Source: an uncultured Desulfobacteraceae bacterium
GTDB lineage: Bacteria > Desulfobacterota > DSM-4660 > Desulfatiglandales > B25-G16
DNA length: 33,095 nucleotides
Direction: 5' to 3'
NCBI GenBank assembly: GCA_964412045.1
Contig: CAYPNL010000143.1
Location: forward strand, 1 to 33,095
Shown here: positions 19,777 through 28,546 of the stretch, in pieces
Layout: each line of letters begins with the position of its first letter
Position numbering within the stretch: position 1 is the stretch's first letter
Made by a program: the position numbers and the translations under genes
Notes under the pieces: model-generated
What the model saw: only the letters and a program-made list of their open reading frames with translations
Told to the model about the DNA's origin: nothing
Database searches by the model: none

Positions 19777-20381
19777 TAAGCTTTGCCTTTTCCTTTCTCT
19801 TTCCCTGGCTCCTTGCACTGCTGGCAGCCCAATGGGCAACAGGGAAGGTGAAGAAGCCGCCCCAGGGGCGGCGGTTGACTGCGATCCTTGCAATCATGTC
19901 CGGCATCATTGCCTTTGTGCCTCTGGAAGGGCTTCCATTGGCGCGGTGGCTGATCGGAATACAGGCGAACTTCAGCTTCCCCCTGATAGCAGTCGTTTTT
20001 AACAAGGCCTGGGAGCATGCCTCGGGCAGCAGGCTGCTCGACCGCCGGGCATCTATGGCTTCCTGGGTTTTCGGCCTCTTCTCAGGGATTGCGCTCTACC
20101 CGATGGCGCTCGGGCTTGGCGACTTTGACCCGTATGCCTTTGGGTGGGGCTTTTCCTGGCTTTTCGTGTCCCTGGCGATCCTAACCATTGCGCTTTTTTT
20201 AATCAAGAACCGCTTTGCAGCGGTCCTGATGGCCTGTATCCTGGGCTATGACCTGAACCTGCTGGAGTCACAAAACCTGTGGGACTATGTTGTTGATCCC
20301 TTTTTCGTGCTCTTCTCCTTTGCTGCCTTGAGCACGTGGCTGATACGACTGGTGCGTACATCCTTCATGGGCGGGAAGTGA
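19773..20381 (+). CDS. hypothetical integral membrane protein
   Basis: About 200 aa with several hydrophobic segments. A GTG at 19773 overlaps the stop of the BNR gene (GTGA); the alternative ATG is at 19740. No family recognised. Confidence 0.5.
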   Translation: MISFAFSFLFPWLLALLAAQWATGKVKKPPQGRRLTAILAIMSGIIAFVPLEGLPLARWLIGIQANFSFPLIAVVFNKAWEHASGSRLLDRRASMASWVFGLFSGIALYPMALGLGDFDPYAFGWGFSWLFVSLAILTIALFLIKNRFAAVLMACILGYDLNLLESQNLWDYVVDPFFVLFSFAALSTWLIRLVRTSFMGGK

Positions 20382-20484
20382 ACAAATGATTGTTATTCGT
20401 CTCAGAAAAGGACATGCTCCGGGCGTGAATTTTTTTCTGTTTAATCTTGGCTGGTATGGTTATCCCTTTACAGAGATCCATTTT

Positions 20485-20513
20485 TTCACTATACATCCCT
20501 TAAAGAATATAAC
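20485..20513 (+). promoter_or_regulatory. candidate promoter/operator upstream of the GT2 gene
   Basis: TTCACT, a 17-nt spacer, then TATAAC. The -10 lies inside the palindrome CTTAAAGAATATAACGTTTTAAG. Confidence 0.3.
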
Positions 20514-20571
20514 GTTTTAAGAAGACAGGTTTTATCGCTGCGGGCGAAGCAATCCCGAGGAGACAATATCG

Positions 20572-21528
20572 GTGAGAAAAGGGGCGGATCCGGAGATCTC
20601 GATAGTCGTTCCCATCTTTAACGAGGCGCCGAACCTCAAGGCTCTCGCTGAAGGCGTGCTTGAGGTAATGAGGCGGCTGGACAGGACATTTGAGCTGATC
20701 TTTATCGACGACGGGAGCACCGATGAAGGCCTGACGATCCTCAGGGCCCTGAAAGCGGAAATCCCCGAGTTGCGCGTCGTGGTGCTCCGGCGGAACTTCG
20801 GCCAGAGCGCTGCTATGACCGCAGGCTTTGACTATGCGCGCGGCGAGATCATCGTATCCATGGACGGCGATCTCCAGAACGACCCCCACGACATTCCCCA
20901 CCTGATCGCTTCATTGGAAGAGGGATATGATCTGGTCAGCGGCTGGCGTAAAAAGAGGCATGACCCGTTTGTATCAAAGCGGCTCCCTTCCCTGGTTGCC
21001 AACTGGCTCATAAGCCGCGCAACAGGTATCAAGCTCCATGACTATGGCTGCACCTTAAAGGCCTACCAGGGGGATGTCGCCAGGGAACTTTTTCTCTATG
21101 GGGAACTTCACCGCTTTATCCCCGTGTTTGCGAGCCTGTATGGATCCCGCATCACCGAACGGGTGGTGACGCATCATCCTCGGAGCAAGGGAAAGAGCAA
21201 GTACGGAATCGGCCGCACCTATCGGGTGCTCCTCGATCTCCTCTTGATGGTATTTTTCCAGAAATTCGCCACCAGGCCCCTTCAGTTCTTCGGGTTGAAC
21301 GGCGGGATCCTGTTCGCGGTAGGTTTCGCGATCGAACTGTATTTAACATGGGTGAAGCTCGGTAGGGGAGAGGATATTGGAGGGAGACCTTTGTTGCTTT
21401 TCGGTGCGCTCTTGATTATCACAGGAATCATGCTTGCGGGCTTGGGCCTTCTGGGCGAATTGGTGGTGAGAACCTACTACGAGTCTTCAGGGAAAAGGGG
21501 CTATACAGTCCGTGAGGTTCTGGAGTGA
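20572..21528 (+). CDS. glycosyltransferase family 2, polyprenyl-phosphate glycosyltransferase type (ArnC/GtrB/DPM1-like)
   Basis: ISIVVPIFNE, FIDDGSTD and MDGDLQNDP (DXD), plus two C-terminal TM helices. GTG start with GAGGAG 9 nt upstream. Confidence 0.88.
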   Translation: MRKGADPEISIVVPIFNEAPNLKALAEGVLEVMRRLDRTFELIFIDDGSTDEGLTILRALKAEIPELRVVVLRRNFGQSAAMTAGFDYARGEIIVSMDGDLQNDPHDIPHLIASLEEGYDLVSGWRKKRHDPFVSKRLPSLVANWLISRATGIKLHDYGCTLKAYQGDVARELFLYGELHRFIPVFASLYGSRITERVVTHHPRSKGKSKYGIGRTYRVLLDLLLMVFFQKFATRPLQFFGLNGGILFAVGFAIELYLTWVKLGRGEDIGGRPLLLFGALLIITGIMLAGLGLLGELVVRTYYESSGKRGYTVREVLE

Positions 21529-22475
21529 GGCCGGATGTGCGTCGATGGGCCGGGTGGCTGGCCCGGCTCTGCGTCAGTGCGGGGCTTGTGTGGTGGCTTT
21601 TCTCTCGGTTTGAGCTTTCGGGCATCATCGCCTCCCTTCAGGAGCTCTCACCCCTTGTCTGGCTGATCGCTGTACTCATGTATCTGGCCGCTCAAGTCCT
21701 GAGCAGCCTTCGCTGGTTTCTCCTGTCGAATGCCCTTTCCTTCCCGGGGCCGTGGCGTACCTATCTTGTGTTCTATTTTGTGGGCATGTACTTCAATCTT
21801 TTCCTGCCTACCAGCGTGGGTGGAGACGTGCTTAAGATCCACTTTTTATCCCGTGGCGAGGGTCGGCGGTTGATGGCGGCCTGGAGCGTGGTAGGAGATC
21901 GCATCTTCGGGTTGCTCGCCATGGTGCTTCTGGGCGCCGGTGCAGCCGTTCTGAGTCCTGAGATCCTTCCCGGCCATTTCGTGACTGCGCTGTGGATCGG
22001 GGGCATCGTTACGGTATGCGGACTCCTTGGCCTGCCGTTTGTCCAAAGGATCTTGAGAGGCCTCTGGCCCACGCTCGCTGAACGCTTGAGAGGCGCGCTC
22101 GTGCTCTGGCAGATGCCGCGGAGAATCCTGGCAGTGCTCGCCTTATCGTTCTGCCTTCAGGCCCTGGGGATGGGCGCCGTTGCCCTGCTGGGAGGGGGAA
22201 TCGGCCTTAAGATCCCTCTCATCTTTTACTTTGCCAGCCTCCCCTTAATCAACATTGCCACGGCGATTCCCATCACCTTGAGCGGCGTGGGTGTGCGAGA
22301 GGGAAGCTTCGTGTATTTCCTGGGGCTCAAGGGGGTTCAGCCGGAACAGGCCCTCTGCCTTGGGATCCTCTTTTTCTCCATACAGGTGGCAACGAGCCTG
22401 CTGGGAGGAGTTGCCTATGCACTCGGCTTGCATCGGAGGCAAGTATGGACTCGGCGGCCTGGATTGACCGATTGA
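21525..22475 (+). CDS. flippase-like / lysylphosphatidylglycerol-synthase-TM-region family membrane protein
   Basis: 316-aa polytopic protein whose start overlaps the GT2 stop by 4 nt. The overall pattern and GT2 pairing are typical of the UPF0104/LPG_synthase_TM family. Assigned by resemblance, not by a strict motif. Confidence 0.65.
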   Translation: MRPDVRRWAGWLARLCVSAGLVWWLFSRFELSGIIASLQELSPLVWLIAVLMYLAAQVLSSLRWFLLSNALSFPGPWRTYLVFYFVGMYFNLFLPTSVGGDVLKIHFLSRGEGRRLMAAWSVVGDRIFGLLAMVLLGAGAAVLSPEILPGHFVTALWIGGIVTVCGLLGLPFVQRILRGLWPTLAERLRGALVLWQMPRRILAVLALSFCLQALGMGAVALLGGGIGLKIPLIFYFASLPLINIATAIPITLSGVGVREGSFVYFLGLKGVQPEQALCLGILFFSIQVATSLLGGVAYALGLHRRQVWTRRPGLTD

Positions 22476-22608
22476 GAAACCCCTGCTCGCTCGTTCCGAG
22501 ACCTGCTCGAGGGCTCACACGAAGATTGACGGACTAAGGAAATGAGCTGAAGGGGCTGGGGAATCTATGTGCCTCTGACGGCGTGGATTCCCGCTCACGG
22601 GAAACACA

Positions 22609-23289
22609 CTAAAACGGCATGTTCCATAAGGCAGGGATAAGGCTTTCACCATCAGTTTCTATTGTTTTTAGATGCTCGAGTATTTTCAAGAGGAGAAGTA
22701 CCCACATGAAAAAACCGGACCTGATTATCTCTCTCAACACCAGATAGGAGTTAATCTCAATAACGTCTCGGGACCAGTACTTCCTGGGATCGGGGAAAAA
22801 TCTGTGCACCCTGGAACAGTAGGTGGTGAATTCCGCTTTGAATAATTTCGACAATCGTTCTTCTTCGCTTCGTATCACAAAAAAGTAATAAATCCAGTAG
22901 AGCAGGGCTATAACCAGCAATACGAGATAGTGAGAACCAATCAACACGCCAACTAATCCCATGAAAGAAAAAACATAGGAAGGATTTCTGCAGACCGAAA
23001 AGGGGCCGTCCCGGACTAGTTCCATGTTCTTGTGCCCGGCTATGTAAAGGGCACACCATATTCTCCCCAATATGGCCAGGGTAACGAACAGGTACCCTGT
23101 CATCTCGACGGCCTTATAGATAGGTGACCCTCTATCAGGGGCCTTTGAAAAGAATATGACGAGAAAGAGCGCTATCCCTGCAATCCAGGTAATTGCTTTT
23201 CTGTGCTTTTCAGAAGGTTCTATCATCTGTATCTCCATAGGCTTCGGTACATTGACATCGGGCTGCTTTTTCTTTAGGTTTCCAGGCAC
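22609..23289 (-). CDS. isoprenylcysteine carboxyl methyltransferase (ICMT)/phospholipid methyltransferase-family membrane protein
   Basis: ..GPFSVCRNPSYVFSFMGLVG.. and ..EERLSKLFKAEFTTYCSRVHRFFP.. match the RHPxY / EE..L...FG..Y..Y...V.R..P signature of this family. Confidence 0.75.
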   Translation of the reverse strand: MPGNLKKKQPDVNVPKPMEIQMIEPSEKHRKAITWIAGIALFLVIFFSKAPDRGSPIYKAVEMTGYLFVTLAILGRIWCALYIAGHKNMELVRDGPFSVCRNPSYVFSFMGLVGVLIGSHYLVLLVIALLYWIYYFFVIRSEEERLSKLFKAEFTTYCSRVHRFFPDPRKYWSRDVIEINSYLVLREIIRSGFFMWVLLLLKILEHLKTIETDGESLIPALWNMPF

Positions 23290-23358
23290 GCTCGCTTGCC
23301 GTACGGCATTGCTTCTTCATCGACCAGGCAATGGTATCGAAGTAAGGGATGAATTACC

Positions 23359-24153
23359 ATGAAGAAGTTGGAAGGGGCAATCATTTTAGTAATTTTGTTG
23401 GTTTTTTCCCAGAGCATAGGTGCGGAGGGGAAGAGACAGGCTAGTGATAGAACAGACAGGATAGTACAGGCGGTATCGCAGGATTACCGATCCTTCTATT
23501 CGATAAAAATTGTACAGGATCTGGCCTTGGGGATAGGCGTCGCCGGGGTTCTGGCCAATACCTCGATTGACGGTGGGATCCAGGGCTGGGTCCAGGGATC
23601 CTTGAGGAACGAGGATACCGACGAGCTGAGCGAAGCAGTCAAGCTGCTAGGAGAAGGGGCGATTACCATTCCCCTCTATGGTATTGCAGCCCTTGTCGGA
23701 GAGGTGACTGAAGGCAATGGATGGGGCTCCACTACAGGTGAGTGGGGAAGAAGGTCATTGCGGGCGATTCTCGTGGGTGCCCCGCCAGCGCTTTTTTTAC
23801 AAAATGCCACAGGGGCTTCACGGCCAGAGGAGAATGATTCTCATTGGAGGCCTTTCAACGACAATAACGGGGTAAGCGGCCACAGTTTTATGGGGGCCGT
23901 TCCCTTCATTGCCGCCGCCAAGATGGCTGAAAACCCTTATCTTCGGTATTCCCTTTACCTGGGATCGATGCTCTGCGGATGGTCGAGGATAAACGATGAC
24001 CGTCACTATTTCTCGCAGGCGGCTCTGGGATGGTGGATTGCCTACCTCTCAGTTTCATGCGGCGAAAGCTCTGAAGCAAGGGAGAAAGACCTCATTATCC
24101 GACCCTACCCACTAGCAGGGGGGATCGGGGTCATAGCCGTGCTGAGCTTTTAA
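23359..24153 (+). CDS. PAP2-superfamily phosphatase-like protein with signal peptide
   Basis: Signal-like N-terminus MKKLEGAIILVILLVFSQSIGA. PAP2-like motifs: ..GASRP.., ..VSGHS.., ..SRINDDRHYFSQ.. (SRx5Hx3 with Q where D is usual). Confidence 0.7.
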   Translation: MKKLEGAIILVILLVFSQSIGAEGKRQASDRTDRIVQAVSQDYRSFYSIKIVQDLALGIGVAGVLANTSIDGGIQGWVQGSLRNEDTDELSEAVKLLGEGAITIPLYGIAALVGEVTEGNGWGSTTGEWGRRSLRAILVGAPPALFLQNATGASRPEENDSHWRPFNDNNGVSGHSFMGAVPFIAAAKMAENPYLRYSLYLGSMLCGWSRINDDRHYFSQAALGWWIAYLSVSCGESSEAREKDLIIRPYPLAGGIGVIAVLSF

Positions 24154-24176
24154 TAGCACCGAGGATAGAATGCCCG

Positions 24177-25055
24177 TCATGTGAGGACCCGTGAGGGTGG
24201 CGCCTTTTGCTCCGGATGCCGGGTGAAGAGTTCCCGCGAGATGATGCCTTCTGCAATCCGGGTGACCGGCCCTCTCATGGAGATCATGAACTCGCCTGAG
24301 ATGGCAATCCGGATGGTTCCTCCGGGCATGTGAACCGAAATGCGGGGGTCGCAGAGTCCGAGCTTGCGGGCGACGCCAGCAGCAGCACTGCTGCTTGTTC
24401 CCGAGGCAAGGGTATAGCCTGCCCCACGCTCCCAGATCTGGATCCGGATGTTCCTGCGGTCCAGGATCTTCATAAACTGCACATTGGTGCGGTTTGGGAA
24501 GCGAGGATCGACCTCAATCAAGGGGCCCCATTTCTTCGCCTCCTCAGGGCTCACTTCATTGCGGAGTACCACGCAGTGCGGGTTCCCGATCGTGGCCGCG
24601 CAGAAACGGAGTTCCTCGCCGTCAACGAGGAGCGTCTCGTTGATCACCTCACGTGGCGGTCCTTCCACGGGTATGAGGGCGCTGTCAAAGCTGAGCGCGC
24701 CCATGTCTATGGTGACATCCCTCCCTCCCTTGTGTACCTGGGCCTTTACCGTGCCCCCCAGGGTGCGTATGATGAAGGGGTCCCCTCGGACCATTCCCTG
24801 GTCCCAGAGATACCGGGAGAAGATTCGCAACCCGTTCCCGCTCTTTTCCGCCTCGCTTCCATCCGGGTTGAAGATGCGCACCGAGAAGGCCCCCTCCGAG
24901 CTCTCGAGCGGGCCGAGGAGAACCCCATCCGATCCCACACCATAGTTACGGTGGCACAGTAATCGCATCTGGGAGGGCGTGAGCTTCTTGCCGGCGTAAG
25001 CGGGGTCCCAGACGATATAGTCATTGCCGAGTGCATGATATTTTACGAACCGCAT
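24177..25055 (-). CDS. diaminopimelate epimerase-fold protein (DapF-like) with Ser at both catalytic Cys positions
   Basis: MRFVKYHALGNDYIVWD, FNPDGSEAEKSGNGLRIF, IGNPHCV and WERGAGYTLASGTSSSAAA align with the DapF motifs FNADGSE..CGNG.RC and ERG.G.T.ACG(S/T)G, but Ser replaces Cys in both. Confidence 0.8.
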   Translation of the reverse strand: MRFVKYHALGNDYIVWDPAYAGKKLTPSQMRLLCHRNYGVGSDGVLLGPLESSEGAFSVRIFNPDGSEAEKSGNGLRIFSRYLWDQGMVRGDPFIIRTLGGTVKAQVHKGGRDVTIDMGALSFDSALIPVEGPPREVINETLLVDGEELRFCAATIGNPHCVVLRNEVSPEEAKKWGPLIEVDPRFPNRTNVQFMKILDRRNIRIQIWERGAGYTLASGTSSSAAAGVARKLGLCDPRISVHMPGGTIRIAISGEFMISMRGPVTRIAEGIISRELFTRHPEQKAPPSRVLT

Positions 25056-25138
25056 GTTATAGACCTTTTTCTCAAGAGTTAAAGACGGTACGCCCGGAGT
25101 CAGAGATATCCCCGCTTTTCTTCGAGACTCCCTTTCGT

Positions 25139-25606
25139 TCAGGCGGTCTTATTCTTTTCGCTGAAAGGGCGTTTTCGAGGAAGCTTGAGCGCCGGCTTCC
25201 GCGCCCTCAGGCGTATCCAGTTGAGAACACGCAACACCGATTGTTGTTCGATAATCCGCCGCTCGAGTTCAATTTTTCCGGGGAAATTCACCAGCATGAG
25301 TCCGATCAAAAGGGTGATAACCCCTTGTCCGGGCAACACTAGCATCACGATACCGGAAAGGATAAAGATGATGCCGATGAGGTTTTTGAGCGCCAGGCCA
25401 AGGAGGCGAATCGCTGCATGCCCTTGAGGTAAGCTCTTCAAGGGTTTTCTGCGGCGGGTGAAATAGTCCGTGGGGATGTGAATTATCAGTATGGGAATGA
25501 CCACGATAGTTCCCAGAAATACTATGACCGAGAGCACTCCGATCAACCAGAGAGAAGCCTGGTGAACGCGGAGGAAATCAACTATTATTGTGGATCCGTC
25601 GAACAA
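25139..25606 (-). CDS. small integral membrane protein (PGPGW-like)
   Basis: 155 aa with 3-4 hydrophobic helices. ..LVLPGQGVITLLIGLMLVNFPGK.. resembles the PGPGW-type motif. Confidence 0.5.
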   Translation of the reverse strand: MFDGSTIIVDFLRVHQASLWLIGVLSVIVFLGTIVVIPILIIHIPTDYFTRRRKPLKSLPQGHAAIRLLGLALKNLIGIIFILSGIVMLVLPGQGVITLLIGLMLVNFPGKIELERRIIEQQSVLRVLNWIRLRARKPALKLPRKRPFSEKNKTA

Positions 25607-25668
25607 GTGTTTTTACACTACCAGTCAATCAGGCACGTATTGCCTCGCTTCGGTGCAGAGCAGTTCCT

Positions 25669-26205
25669 CTATCCTGATTTTATCTTTCCGAGAAGGCTGG
25701 TCAACTGGGCAACATGGCTTTGCTCTTCCCTTATGATATGGTCGATCCTCTCCCGGCCGTATTTTTGCGGAACCATGTCCTTGAGCCCGAGATAAAAGAG
25801 GACTGATTCCTTCTCAAGGCCAATGGCCGTATTGAGCACCTCCTCCATGGTCTCATTGCCGGTGAGTGAATCCGCTACAGACGGACTGCCCTCACCGCCC
25901 TGTGTGTCCGCCATCGCTGATAGGTACAGCGATACCTCGTCTTGCGGATCGAATACCGTTCCGCCTTTTTCCGTATCAGTAAGGGTGTTCCGCATCTCTG
26001 TAAATGTTGCTTTATGACCATCCTCCATCGCAGCCAATTTCTCGAAAAATCTACGGTTTTCCGTATCCGATTGCAATCCCGCGGCCTTGCGATAAAAAGC
26101 ACCGCCGTTTTCCTCGATTCGAATAGCCATCTCAAGCACCTCGTCCAGATTAAAACCTAAGGCCATCGCCCCTCCTTTCTGAGAGAGAGTAAGGTTGTCA
26201 TTCAC
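25669..26205 (-). CDS. ferritin-like/rubrerythrin-type diiron domain protein
   Basis: Two ExxH-type motifs (..AAMEDGH.., ..IIREEQSH..) within repeated helical halves (AIRIEENGGAFY / AIGLEKESVLFY). The likely true start is the ATG at 26166 (MALGFNL), preceded by AAAGGAGGGG. Confidence 0.75.
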   Translation of the reverse strand: MNDNLTLSQKGGAMALGFNLDEVLEMAIRIEENGGAFYRKAAGLQSDTENRRFFEKLAAMEDGHKATFTEMRNTLTDTEKGGTVFDPQDEVSLYLSAMADTQGGEGSPSVADSLTGNETMEEVLNTAIGLEKESVLFYLGLKDMVPQKYGRERIDHIIREEQSHVAQLTSLLGKIKSG

Positions 26206-26388
26206 GTATCAAAATATCTGAGTATTAAATCTATATCACAAGGGTTCACTGAAAAAAAGGCATTTATTGATATATGGTCGCTAGGAAACCAGCTTGGACT
26301 GCTTAGACGGGAACAGGCGGCAGGGGATCTGCTGAAAGGGGCGCTCAGGGCAAGCCACCGATCAGTGTGTCGTGAAAAAAGGGCAGTA

Positions 26389-26952
26389 TCAGACAGGCGC
26401 ATGGGTCACGCCACGCATCCTTTTGACCGAGTCGAGGCTGAGCTTGAATCGTTGTTCGTTGACCTCGGTGCCCCACATTGATCCCCTTCGTTGTTCCATG
26501 AGGGTGAAGCCGTTTTTCTCGTAGAGATGTTTCGCTGGATCGAGTCCCTCAAATGTCCAGAGGTATATTGCCTTGTAGCCTCTGTTACGACAAAAGCGCT
26601 TTGCCGCCCTAATGAGCCGGCTTCCTGTGCCTCTTCCGTGCAGGGAAGCGGATACGATGAACCAACGAAGATGAGCGCCCCGGTCCCCGGCATGAATCCC
26701 GTCAATCGCAATGGAGCCTATGATATTTCCCCCGAGAAGAGCTGTCCAGAAGCCATCCCGCTGATCATCATAGCGACCCATAAATTCGGCGAGCTCGCCG
26801 GCTACCTTTGCCTCAAAGAAGGCGCCGAAACCCCAGTGCTCATGGTAGTAAGTGCCGTGAAGTTCGGCAACCCGACCGATTGAACCCGGGATATAGCCTC
26901 TCTGAATCCGGATTTTTCCTATGGGTTCACGCCTCATATCCATTATTTGCAC
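26389..26952 (-). CDS. GNAT-family N-acetyltransferase
   Basis: The acetyl-CoA motif ..LHGRGTGSRLIRAAKRFCRNRGYKAIYLWTFEGLDPAKHLYEKNGF.. is present. The listed start is GTG; in-frame ATGs lie at 26943 and 26937. Confidence 0.85.
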   Translation of the reverse strand: MQIMDMRREPIGKIRIQRGYIPGSIGRVAELHGTYYHEHWGFGAFFEAKVAGELAEFMGRYDDQRDGFWTALLGGNIIGSIAIDGIHAGDRGAHLRWFIVSASLHGRGTGSRLIRAAKRFCRNRGYKAIYLWTFEGLDPAKHLYEKNGFTLMEQRRGSMWGTEVNEQRFKLSLDSVKRMRGVTHAPV

Positions 26953-27053
26953 ACATCAATCCCTTGGGCACCGGTGATACTGTTTAGCATGAATGCGAGG
27001 GTTTTGGCGATCAAATCCAGTTCCACGCCCAAGGCCTGCGCCGCGAGTTCCAC
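26943..27053 (-). other. 36-codon ORF/gene remnant wedged between the MBL and GNAT genes (YbaK/ProX-editing-domain-like fragment?)
   Basis: A GTG lies 3 nt after the MBL stop, in the same frame as MBL. It translates to (M)ELAAQALGVELDLIAKTLAFMLNSITGAQGIDVCK. Its TAA overlaps the GNAT ATG at 26943 (TAATG). It is below the ORF-track size cut-off. Confidence 0.3.
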
Positions 27054-27056
27054 CGT

Positions 27057-28001
27057 TTAGGGCTTGACGGTTGTAAAGAGCATCCCGTCTTTCCGCATGA
27101 CAATATCGCGGTGCAGGAAATCGCGCATGATGTGCTCATAGGTTTTCTGATACTCGCTCTTAAAGAAAAGATCAATAGTCTCCTTGAACCAGTGTGTTCC
27201 CATCAGATGGTCGAAGAAGGCCTTTTCATCCACCTGCCGGTGCATGAGAATCGTGTAGATTATGATCTTCTTGAGCAGGGAGTCGCCGGATTTTTCTCTG
27301 TGATTCAGGAACTCATGTGCCTTTTTCTTACTTTTGGAGATGGCCTCTTTGAAATTCGTAAATGGTCTCCCGTGCCCGGGATACACGATTTTCACATCAA
27401 GGGATTCGAGTTGTTCAAAGGAAGAAAGAAGATCAAAGAGACAGGTGCTTCCTTCCACCCGCATGGTAATCGTGGGTAGGTCATCTTCCCAGAGCGCGTC
27501 TCCGGAGATAAGGGCTTTTTCTTTTCTATTGTACAGGACGATACCGTCAGAGGCATGGCCCGGCGTGTGGAGAACCAGAAATTCGTGAGGGCCGATGGGG
27601 ATCACATCCCCGTCATCGAGGGCGATGGTGCAGGTGAAGAAGTCGGCCTTCTGGCTGTAATATCTCCACCAGGTGGCCCAGTCATCACGGGTGTCTATAA
27701 AATATTTCCCAAGCTTGTGCAGGGCGATATCGCAGCCGGATCTGTCTTGAATAATTTTATTTCCTCCGATGTGGTCGCAGTGGGTGTGGGTATTGATAAT
27801 GAGCCGGGTTTGTGAAAGATTGACGCCTCTATCCTCTATAAAGCGCTCTGTTATGTCAAAGTCAGAGAGGTAACCGGTGTCGACGAGGACCGGTTCTTCT
27901 GATCGATACACGAAGTGATTCGAATTCAGGTATCCCCTTTCGATAAAAAACAGGTCCTTCATGATTTCAAGAGCAGACATAGCGCTCCCCACAATTTTCA
28001 T
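27057..28001 (-). CDS. MBL-fold metallo-hydrolase
   Basis: Has the HTHCDHIGG (HxHxDH) motif plus downstream His/Asp ligands (HTPGHASDG, ISGDAL, PGHG). Confidence 0.85.
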   Translation of the reverse strand: MKIVGSAMSALEIMKDLFFIERGYLNSNHFVYRSEEPVLVDTGYLSDFDITERFIEDRGVNLSQTRLIINTHTHCDHIGGNKIIQDRSGCDIALHKLGKYFIDTRDDWATWWRYYSQKADFFTCTIALDDGDVIPIGPHEFLVLHTPGHASDGIVLYNRKEKALISGDALWEDDLPTITMRVEGSTCLFDLLSSFEQLESLDVKIVYPGHGRPFTNFKEAISKSKKKAHEFLNHREKSGDSLLKKIIIYTILMHRQVDEKAFFDHLMGTHWFKETIDLFFKSEYQKTYEHIMRDFLHRDIVMRKDGMLFTTVKP

Positions 28002-28079
28002 GTGTCCATAGGGTGGTCGCTGTTCTATGCCGTTGAGAAGCCGGTACTGTGCGGAAAGCTGTTCTCGAAGCTTCTCACG

Positions 28080-28511
28080 TTAATCTTTGCTGAATTTTTC
28101 TGAGAAGCTGTTGAGGACTCTTTTGAAAATTTCAAGTTCATCATCGGCAAAGCCTGATTTGATATTCCTATTCACTTCATTGATAACCACTTGGGCCCTT
28201 TTGCTTTCTTCCACGCCCTGGGGCGTTACATAGATACGAAACATCCTGCGGTCGCCTGAACTCAAATCTCGCCGCACAAAGCCGTTTTTTTCAAGCCGGT
28301 CAACAAGCCCTGTAATCGTTGAGTTATCGATGAATAAAGCCTGGCTCAATTCGGTCATGCTTTGGCCGTCTTTCCGCCTGAGCAAGAAAAGAATGCCTGC
28401 CTGTGTCACTGTGACATGAATTCCTCTCACGGTGAGGGCCTTTTTCAAATAGGCCCTCAGCCGATGCTGTGCCAGAAACACCTGATAGATAAGCCGATCG
28501 CTGGTTGGCAT
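28080..28511 (-). CDS. MarR-family transcriptional regulator
   Basis: 143 aa. The winged-HTH ..VTVTQAGILFLLRRKDGQSMTELSQALFIDNSTITGLVDRLEKNGFVRRDLSSGDRRMFRIYVTPQG.. is a classical MarR pattern. Confidence 0.9.
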   Translation of the reverse strand: MPTSDRLIYQVFLAQHRLRAYLKKALTVRGIHVTVTQAGILFLLRRKDGQSMTELSQALFIDNSTITGLVDRLEKNGFVRRDLSSGDRRMFRIYVTPQGVEESKRAQVVINEVNRNIKSGFADDELEIFKRVLNSFSEKFSKD

Positions 28512-28546
28512 TCAAAATACCTCCATTGCATCGCTCGGTTGTGCTA

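Noticed and set aside
22588-22603. Hairpin TTCCCG-CTCA-CGGGAA between convergent genes as a bidirectional terminator
   Set aside because: The stem is only 6 bp and there is no U-run on either strand, so support is insufficient.
24330-24962. 210-aa and 165-aa plus-strand ORFs
   Set aside because: They are antisense to the DapF-like gene, which has clear family motifs.
25669-26205. Ferritin-like protein as an encapsulin cargo (C-terminal ..LTSLLGKIKSG)
   Set aside because: The tail only loosely resembles cargo-loading peptides, and no encapsulin shell gene is nearby.
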